Below are positions 57,806-64,000 of a stretch of 64,000 bases of DNA, piece by piece (the first letter of the stretch is position 1; every line of letters begins with the position of its first letter). A program made the translations under genes and the position numbers. This stretch comes from an uncultured bacterium (GTDB lineage: Bacteria > UBA8481): contig CAZCME010000024.1 in NCBI GenBank assembly GCA_964499705.1, positions 1-64,000 on the forward strand, written 5' to 3'. Under the pieces are notes generated by a model, which saw only the letters and a list, made by a program, of their open reading frames with translations, did not search any database and was not told where the DNA came from.

Positions 57806-59068
57806 GCGCACGTCGACGCCGACGCGTTCTTCGCGTCGGTGGAGCAGGCGATGCATCCGGAGTATCGCGGCAAGCCGGTCGTGACCGGCAAGGAACGGAA
57901 CATCGTCGCGGCCGCGTCGTACGAGGCGAAAGCCAAAGGCATCAAAAGGGGCGTCGCGCTCTGGGACGTCAAAAAGCTCTGCCCGGACTGCATCATCCTC
58001 CCGAGCGACTACGAAACCTACTCGATCTATTCGCTCCGGATGTTCTCGATCCTCCGGCGGTACTCCCCCCTCGTGGAGGAAGCCTCCATCGACGAAGCCT
58101 ATGTCGACCTGACAGGCGTCGCGCGGTATCACCGGAAGGGATACAAGCGGATCGCAATGGAGATGCAGCGGGCGGTCCGCGACGAGCTGGGGATCGGGAT
58201 CTCGATCGGCGTGGGTCTTTCCAAGAGCATCGCGAAACTGGCGTCGAAATACAGAAAGCCCGCCGGCATAACGGCGGTCTCCTCCGGAATGCGATCGCTC
58301 TTCCTGAAGACCCAGAAAGTCGGCAACGTCTGCGGGATCGGCCCGAGCGCGCAGGCGCTATTGGCCAAGCAGGGCATCGTGACGGCCGACGACTTCGCGC
58401 GCCTTCCGGAAGGACTCGTCAAGCGCATGCTCGGGAAGCTCGGCGTGGAGCTGTGGTTCGAGTTGAACGGCGCGGTCGTCCGGCCGGTGACGACGGAGGA
58501 GACTCCGCCGCGGCAATCGATCATGAAATCGAAGACGTTCGCGCCGCCGTCGCGGGACCGGAACTTCATCCGCGCGCAATGGATCCGCAACCTCGAATCG
58601 GCCTGCATCAAGGCCCGCCGTCACGGACTCCTGGCCTCGCGCGTCGCGCTCTTTCTCCGCAAGAACGATTTCGACCACGTCTCCGACGAAGTGAAGCTCA
58701 TCCAGAAATCCAGCCTCCCGAACCAGGTGATTCCCCTCCTGGACCCGCTCTTCGCGGAGCTCTTCGATCCCCGCATCGAGTATCGCGCCACGGGCGTCAT
58801 CCTCTCCGACCTCGCCTGCGATGCCGGAATCCAGTACAGCCTCTTCGACGACCCCTCTCTGACGGAAAAGAAACGCGATCTCTACGACGCCGTCGGCGAG
58901 CTCGGAGAACGCTACGGCAAGCACACGGTCTCCTCGGGCGCGTCGCTTTATCTGCGGCGGGATAAAAAAACATCGCGCGCGGACGCTCCGGCGCGGAAGA
59001 AGAATCTCCTGAAGGGCGAAACTTTCCGGAGAAGGCTCAACGTGCCCTTGTGGGATGTGAGGTTGTAA
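57806..59068 (+). CDS. dinB: Y-family DNA polymerase (DinB/UmuC-like); start lies in the gap
   Basis: HVDADAFFASVEQ, AASYEAK, SIDEAYVDL, AKLAS...KP.G, QYSLF clamp-binding motif. Confidence 0.9.
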   Translation, partial: AHVDADAFFASVEQAMHPEYRGKPVVTGKERNIVAAASYEAKAKGIKRGVALWDVKKLCPDCIILPSDYETYSIYSLRMFSILRRYSPLVEEASIDEAYVDLTGVARYHRKGYKRIAMEMQRAVRDELGIGISIGVGLSKSIAKLASKYRKPAGITAVSSGMRSLFLKTQKVGNVCGIGPSAQALLAKQGIVTADDFARLPEGLVKRMLGKLGVELWFELNGAVVRPVTTEETPPRQSIMKSKTFAPPSRDRNFIRAQWIRNLESACIKARRHGLLASRVALFLRKNDFDHVSDEVKLIQKSSLPNQVIPLLDPLFAELFDPRIEYRATGVILSDLACDAGIQYSLFDDPSLTEKKRDLYDAVGELGERYGKHTVSSGASLYLRRDKKTSRADAPARKKNLLKGETFRRRLNVPLWDVRL

Positions 59069-59096
59069 AACCGGGCGCATCCACTACCATCCCCGA

Positions 59097-59342
59097 ATGC
59101 CGCGCCCCGAACTCGTCCAAGGTCTCATGCGATTCAGCGGAGTCGGAATCGAGTTTGCCGTCTCGGTCGGATTCTTCACGTGGCTGGGCGTCAAGGGCGA
59201 CGAGCATTTCAAGAGCGATCCCCTGCTGACGCTGCTGGGTCTCGCGTTCGGTCTCGCGATGGGGTTTATAATGTTGTACAAGGCCGTGAAGGCGATCCCA
59301 CGGGAGGTTAAAATAAAAAAAATACATGATCCTCGTCAGTAA
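59097..59342 (+). CDS. AtpZ/AtpI-family (ATPase gene 1) protein
   Basis: GIEFAVSVG...LG..GD.HF...P.L.LLG...G; first gene of the atp cluster. Confidence 0.8.
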   Translation: MPRPELVQGLMRFSGVGIEFAVSVGFFTWLGVKGDEHFKSDPLLTLLGLAFGLAMGFIMLYKAVKAIPREVKIKKIHDPRQ

Positions 59343-59688
59343 ACTTCTCGGAGGCTTCCTCGCGATCGCGACGCTGCTCTCCATTCCCCTATGGTCGCAC
59401 GAATCGTCCACCACCATCATTTCGCTCATGCTTCTCGTCATGGCCGTGGGCGCCCTGGCGGCCGGGCTCATCTTCAAGGGCCGCGCCTTCGGCACGACCG
59501 GCGTCTTCGCGGCCTTCGGCCTGGGGATGCCCCTGAAGCTCCTGGCGCTCGTCGCCGTCTACTTTCACGCCGTCGGAATGGAAGGCAGCGTCAGCTCCGA
59601 AATCGTCTTTGCCATCGCAAGTTTCCTGCTTTTTCACCTCTGGACATCGTACCTCTTTCAGGTATCATCTCACGCGTTAAAAAAATGA
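59326..59688 (+). CDS. 4-TM membrane protein, probable ATP synthase I-like
   Basis: Hydrophobic, GMPLKLL; between atpZ and atpB. Confidence 0.6.
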   Translation: MILVSKLLGGFLAIATLLSIPLWSHESSTTIISLMLLVMAVGALAAGLIFKGRAFGTTGVFAAFGLGMPLKLLALVAVYFHAVGMEGSVSSEIVFAIASFLLFHLWTSYLFQVSSHALKK

Positions 59689-60476
59689 CGTCGGAAGAAC
59701 TGTTACATCACATCATCAACCAGCGATTCGGACCGATTGTCCCGGTCGGAGCGCTGCACTTCCAGCTCTCGCAGCACCTGCTGATGCTCTGGATCGCCGC
59801 GGCGTTCGCGATCCTCTTCGTCGCTCTCGCGGCACGGCAGCGCAGGGCGGGCGGAGGGCGGATAGCGGCGGCGGCGGAGCTCTTCATCCTGGCGGTCCGC
59901 GACGGCGTCGTCATGCCGGCCCTCGGACACCACTACGGCCCGAAATACCTGAAATTCTTCCTCTCGATCGCGCTTCTCATTCTCTTCTCGAATCTCCTCG
60001 GCCTCATCCCCGCCGTTCACATCGGTCACTTTGTCCTCGGCGGAACGGCCACGAGCAATTTCTGGATCAACCTCGGCCTGGCGACGCTGATGTATGTCTT
60101 CGGAATCTTCTGCGCGATCCGGGAACATGGCGTGGGTGGATACGTAAAATCGTTTCTGCCCCACGGGATCCCGATTCTCCTGGCCCCGTTGATCTGGATC
60201 ATCGAGTTCGCCGGGATCATCATCAAGCACGGAGTCCTCGCAATCCGCCTCACGGCGAACATGATCGCGGGCCACCTCGTCATCTTCGCGATTCTCGGGA
60301 TGATCATCATCCTCGGGGAGATGATGCCGTCGTTGAAATACGCGATCGCGGCCGGTCCCGTGCTCCTGGCTCTGGCGATCTTCATGCTGGAGCTGCTGGT
60401 GGCGTTCATCCAGACCGCGGTCTTCACGATTCTTTCGGCGATCTTCTTCGGCATGGCGGTGAATCCCCACCACTGA
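59685..60476 (+). CDS. atpB: ATP synthase Fo subunit a
   Basis: NLLGLIP, TATSN, LAIRLTANMIAGH, ELLVAFIQ. Confidence 0.95.
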   Translation: MTSEELLHHIINQRFGPIVPVGALHFQLSQHLLMLWIAAAFAILFVALAARQRRAGGGRIAAAAELFILAVRDGVVMPALGHHYGPKYLKFFLSIALLILFSNLLGLIPAVHIGHFVLGGTATSNFWINLGLATLMYVFGIFCAIREHGVGGYVKSFLPHGIPILLAPLIWIIEFAGIIIKHGVLAIRLTANMIAGHLVIFAILGMIIILGEMMPSLKYAIAAGPVLLALAIFMLELLVAFIQTAVFTILSAIFFGMAVNPHH

Positions 60477-60518
60477 TATTGACGATTTACGATTGACGAG
60501 GAACGAATTAAGATTGGA
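60477..60518 (+). repeat. Degenerate heptamer tract (GATTKAC)n between atpB and atpE
   Basis: TATTGAC GATTTAC GATTGAC GAGGAAC GAATTAA GATTGGA. Confidence 0.6.
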
Positions 60519-60561
60519 AATATGACCCCGCTTCCGCGGGGGAACACTATGGAGGATCAAC

Positions 60562-60813
60562 ATGGATCAGCTGATGGCAGGAAACGGAATGGCCCTCTTC
60601 GGGCTTGGAATCGGAGCGGGCATCACGGTGCTGGGCGCGGCGAAAGGCATCGGCCAGCTCGCGGCATCGGCTCTGGAAGCGACGGGCCGCCAGCCTGAAG
60701 CGGCGGGCAGCATCCAGACGCAGATGATCATCGCGGCCGGTCTCATCGAAGGCTTCACCTTCTTCGCGCTTGCGGCCATCTGGTTCGGCCTCGCCGCCAA
60801 AATCGGCGGTTGA
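60562..60813 (+). CDS. atpE: ATP synthase Fo subunit c, probably H+-type
   Basis: GAAKGIG, RQPE, LIEG (no Na+-type Q...ES/ET signature). Confidence 0.95.
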   Translation: MDQLMAGNGMALFGLGIGAGITVLGAAKGIGQLAASALEATGRQPEAAGSIQTQMIIAAGLIEGFTFFALAAIWFGLAAKIGG

Positions 60814-61391
60814 TGCACACGCTTTCCCTCATAGCGTCCGCTCTGACGGCCGCCGCCGAGGCGGCCGCGGAGGCGGCGGAGGGCGCCCACGGAGCCGACG
60901 CTCTGCTGGCTCCCGACCCGACGCTGACGATCGCGACGTGGGTCACCTTCTTTCTCTTCGTGATCCTCATCGGCAAGTTCGGCTGGGGTCCGCTTGTCGC
61001 GGCCCTGGATGCGCGCGAGAAGTCGATCTCCGATAATCTCCAGCGCGCCGAGTCGGGCCGCAGGGAAGCGGAGCAGCTTCTCGCCACCTATCAGAAAAAG
61101 CTCGAAGAGGCCAAGGGCGAAGCGGACGCCCTCATTGTCGCCGCCCGTACACGCTCCGAGGAGGTCGTGCAGAAGATGACGACCGAGGCGAAGCATCAGG
61201 CGACAGCGATCGCGCAGAAGGCTCAGGAGTCCATCGAAGCGGAACGGCTCCGCGCCGTCACGGAACTCCGCACGATCGTCGCGGAGGCCTCGGTCTCCCT
61301 GGCCGGCAAGATCCTGCAGGAAGAACTCACTCCCGCCCGCCATACCAGGCTCATCGATTCGGTGGTCGCGGGAATCGCCACGAAGCGATGA
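60813..61391 (+). CDS. atpF: ATP synthase Fo subunit b
   Basis: TM + KFGWGPL..ALDAREKSI, coiled coil. Confidence 0.93.
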   Translation: MHTLSLIASALTAAAEAAAEAAEGAHGADALLAPDPTLTIATWVTFFLFVILIGKFGWGPLVAALDAREKSISDNLQRAESGRREAEQLLATYQKKLEEAKGEADALIVAARTRSEEVVQKMTTEAKHQATAIAQKAQESIEAERLRAVTELRTIVAEASVSLAGKILQEELTPARHTRLIDSVVAGIATKR

Positions 61392-61885
61392 TCCGGAGCC
61401 CGCTCCTCGCGCGAAAATACGCCAAGGCCCTCTATGACGCGACGAACGGCAAGGCCGATTTGACGGGCCTGGCCACCGCCGCGAAGACAAACCCGGCGGA
61501 ACTGGCGAGACCCGGGATGTCGCGGGCGGACCTGAATGTGCTCGTGGGCGGAGAACCGAAGTCCCCCGAGATCCGGAATTTCCTCGGCATTCTGCTCCGG
61601 AGGAAACGTCTTCGGCTGCTGCCCGAAATCCTCGACATGTACGAATTGATCGCGGAGGAAGCCGTCGGCGTGAAGCGCGCGACGGTCACGTCCGCGACGC
61701 AGATCGACGCGGCGGGCCGCGCGAGACTGGAGACCACGCTGGCCGCTCTGCACAGCGCGAAGAGTATCAAGCTGGATGTCGATGTGAGGCCGGAGATGAT
61801 CGGCGGCATCATGATCCGTGTCGGAGATCAGCTGGTGGACGGAAGCGTAAAGTCGGTGCTGGAGGATTTCCGCAGCAGATTTTGA
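61388..61885 (+). CDS. atpH: ATP synthase F1 subunit delta
   Basis: ARKYAKAL, NFL..L....RL..LPEI, IGGIMIRVGDQLVDGSV. Confidence 0.92.
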   Translation: MIRSPLLARKYAKALYDATNGKADLTGLATAAKTNPAELARPGMSRADLNVLVGGEPKSPEIRNFLGILLRRKRLRLLPEILDMYELIAEEAVGVKRATVTSATQIDAAGRARLETTLAALHSAKSIKLDVDVRPEMIGGIMIRVGDQLVDGSVKSVLEDFRSRF

Positions 61886-61892
61886 CAATATT

Positions 61893-61952
61893 TTAACCAC
61901 GAACCACACGAACATCTTAAAATATTTGTTTTTTCGTGTGGTTCGTGGTTAA
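61893..61952. repeat. Perfect 20-bp inverted repeat of 9-mer units (MITE-like), matching the IS subterminal repeat
   Basis: TTAACCACGAACCACACGAA-20nt-TTCGTGTGGTTCGTGGTTAA. Confidence 0.9.
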
Positions 61953-61970
61953 TATTTTTAGGAGGCATGT

Positions 61971-62213
61971 ATGACAGAACCAGTATCAGCCGACACGAAA
62001 CCCGTAGTCCTGGAACTCGAACCCGGAAATTACGCCTGGTGCGCCTGCGGCAAATCGGCCAACCAGCCATTCTGCGACGGCTCACATCGAGGCTCGGGCA
62101 TCACGCCGATCGCCTTCACCGTCACGGAGAAAAAGAAGGCCGCCTACTGCCTCTGCAAGCACTCCGCCAACAAACCGTTCTGCGACGGAACGCATAAGAC
62201 GATCTCGAAATAG
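61971..62213 (+). CDS. CDGSH iron-sulfur protein with two CDGSH motifs (MiNT/CISD3-like)
   Basis: WCACGKSANQPFCDGSH and LCKHSANKPFCDGTH; AGGAGG RBS. Confidence 0.93.
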   Translation: MTEPVSADTKPVVLELEPGNYAWCACGKSANQPFCDGSHRGSGITPIAFTVTEKKKAAYCLCKHSANKPFCDGTHKTISK

Positions 62214-62296
62214 CTCCTCTCGGAGAAATGCGTCTTTCCTCAGTTTGAACTTTGAGCTTTTCCTTATCCTCAAGCCGGAAAGCGTTCACCTTGGCT

Positions 62297-62348
62297 AATG
62301 ATAAGGAGTTATCATTTTATTTGACGATAGGATGATCGCGTGTACAAT
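62297..62348 (+). promoter_or_regulatory. Fur-like palindrome followed by a sigma-70 promoter
   Basis: AATGATAA-GGAG-TTATCATT (62297-62316); TTGACG-16-TACAAT (62321-62348). Confidence 0.7.
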
Positions 62349-62354
62349 AGTCGC

Positions 62355-62648
62355 ATGCTCAGGCTCGGTCGATTCCTCCTTCTGCTCGCCATTTTCGTCG
62401 CGGCGATGCCGCTTATCCACACGCACGAGCTGGAGGCCGCACGCGGCGATCATGATGCGGAGCGCGACGCGCATGAGGGGAGCTGCCTTCTTACGGTTCT
62501 TCAAAAGTGCTGCGCTCAGCCTGACCTGCCCGCTCTTCTGGCGGACGATCCGGTCTTTCTCTCGTGGATGCCGGTTGCAGCATTCGCCGATGCCGAAGCC
62601 GCGGACATTCTCGATTTTTCCAGCCTCCGTTCTCCGCCTCTCGCCTGA
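62355..62648 (+). CDS. DUF2946-like His/Cys-rich leader protein ending in RSPP
   Basis: Signal-like N-terminus, IHTHE, H...H..SC, CC, C-terminal LRSPPLA. Confidence 0.7.
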   Translation: MLRLGRFLLLLAIFVAAMPLIHTHELEAARGDHDAERDAHEGSCLLTVLQKCCAQPDLPALLADDPVFLSWMPVAAFADAEAADILDFSSLRSPPLA

Positions 62649-62728
62649 TTCTCATCATCCACTCATTCCGCGTCTGATTGATCCGGCGCTCTTTCGCCGG
62701 TTCCGACTTACAGGAGAATCATGCAAAC

Positions 62729-64000
62729 ATGCGTATCATCATCTTTTCCGCGCTCAGCGTTCTGCTCTGCGCGAATCCGCTCCCGGTCCTCGCCTTGACG
62801 GACCAGGATGCGCGGGAACTCGTCGAAGAAGTGAGATCATTGAGGCGAGCGGTCGAGGACCAGAATCGCCGGATCGAAGAGCTGGAGGCGAAAGTCGCCG
62901 CAGGAGAACCGTCGGGAACGGAGGCGCCGACGCCCGAATCGCTCGGAGATGCCGGCCCGGCAGCCTCGACGCCATCCACGCCATCGGCGGGCAGCGTCGT
63001 CGGAGCGCGGCAGGCAGCTCAGCCGCAGATCGGTGTCGTCTTTGACGGCACTTACACGGCCGGAAAAAACGTCGCGGATGAAGCTCAGCTCCGCGCGATC
63101 GAGCTGAACGTCGGCGCTCCCATCGATCCCTATTTCGATCTCTTCGGCAAGCTCGTCTTCTCCGCGGATAACTCCGCCGCCTCCCCGCCGGAAGCGGCCG
63201 TCGAAAACGCCTACATCACCGCGCATCTTCCGCTCAATCTCGAGGCGCGCTTCGGGCTCGAATGGATTCCCTTCGGCGACGTCGGCACGCTCGACATCGA
63301 CGAGCATCCTCAGGTGGACCAGCCACATGCCATCGCGCAATTCCTCGGTGGCGAGGGATTGAAAGCGATCGGCGGCCACGTCGAGTGGCTCGCTCCGTTC
63401 GCCGCAAATCCGACGCTCTCGCTCACCATCGGCGCGTACAACCGCGCGACGGGCGACGCGAACACGACTGCATCCGACAAGGACGGCGACGGTGCGCCCG
63501 ACGCGCCCGACATGTTTCTCGACGAGGGAGCGTTCAACGTCCGCGACCGCGAGCGGGGTCCGCTCTGGTTCGGCCGCGCCGCTTCATACTACGAATGGGA
63601 CGCAGGCCACCATGCGATCCGCGTGGGCGGCTCGTATCTCTCGGACGAAAATGACGCAAGCGGAGCGACGCGAACGTCCGTCGCGGGGCTCGACGCGAAA
63701 TACCGATGGCGGCCCGACGCCACCGGCCGCGGGATCACTTTCGCAGGAGAATATCTCCATCATCGCCGCCAGGAATCGCCGACGACGCTCTTTCTCGCCA
63801 ATGGGGGCAATGACCTGTCCAACGGAGGCGGCTACGTCTATGGACAGTATGATTTCGACAAGCGCTGGGGGCTCGGTTACCGCTACGACAACACCAACAC
63901 GGCCTTCTCCGCCGCAAGCGAGATCGCGGCCCATTCCGTGTACGGCGAATATCGTCCGACGGAGTTTTCCCGCCTCCGCGCCCAGTATCGCCATGACGAT
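62729..64000 (+). CDS. Outer-membrane beta-barrel, metal-uptake porin-like; runs off the window and is absent from the ORF track
   Basis: Open frame of 424 codons from ATG 62729 (MRIIIFSALSVLL); coiled coil; IELNVGAPIDPYF, VENAY, FLGGEGL, GGYVYGQY, RPTEFSRLRAQY. Confidence 0.8.
   Translation, partial: MRIIIFSALSVLLCANPLPVLALTDQDARELVEEVRSLRRAVEDQNRRIEELEAKVAAGEPSGTEAPTPESLGDAGPAASTPSTPSAGSVVGARQAAQPQIGVVFDGTYTAGKNVADEAQLRAIELNVGAPIDPYFDLFGKLVFSADNSAASPPEAAVENAYITAHLPLNLEARFGLEWIPFGDVGTLDIDEHPQVDQPHAIAQFLGGEGLKAIGGHVEWLAPFAANPTLSLTIGAYNRATGDANTTASDKDGDGAPDAPDMFLDEGAFNVRDRERGPLWFGRAASYYEWDAGHHAIRVGGSYLSDENDASGATRTSVAGLDAKYRWRPDATGRGITFAGEYLHHRRQESPTTLFLANGGNDLSNGGGYVYGQYDFDKRWGLGYRYDNTNTAFSAASEIAAHSVYGEYRPTEFSRLRAQYRHDD

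Noticed and set aside
57401-59068. LexA-DinB fusion (555-aa ORF in the track)
   Set aside because: Joined only through a 100-N placeholder; the LexA peptidase domain needs far more than 100 bp, so two genes are more likely
59097-61885. N-ATPase or Na+-ATPase
   Set aside because: Separate delta subunit, standard gene order and no Na+ signature in subunit c

Overview
High-GC, diderm bacterial scaffold with two 100-N gaps (45254-45353, 57706-57805), so probably a draft or metagenome-assembled genome; the phylum cannot be assigned from this window. Core content: a peptide/nickel ABC transporter (no ATPase here), hisF, HU-merR-tRNA-Pro(GGG), tadA-der-plsY-gpsA, glgP, an 11-subunit complex I-like operon (nuoABCDHIJKLMN, no nuoEFG) followed by a 2x[4Fe-4S] ferredoxin, an OmpR-type two-component system with a PepSY target, a LexA/UmuD-like plus Y-family polymerase cassette, and the Fo+delta half of a split ATP synthase operon. 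Accessory content: many envelope proteins (M23, TPR and beta-propeller proteins, a CFI-box-CTERM-like surface protein, a 2193-aa repeat protein with a FlgD/T9SS-like C-terminal domain beside a PorV-like barrel). Best leads: (1) a decayed 1280-bp IS with terminal inverted repeats, an 8-bp target duplication and subterminal AACCACGAA repeats that recur as free mini-hairpins; (2) a His/Cys-rich leader ORF ending in RSPP, under a Fur-like palindrome, upstream of an outer-membrane porin (candidate metal-sensing ribosome-arrest switch); (3) a candidate LexA box inside a near-consensus promoter; (4) strong Asp-Ser/Thr enrichment in secreted proteins; (5) repeated leaderless gene starts. All calls are by eye from motifs; no searches were run.
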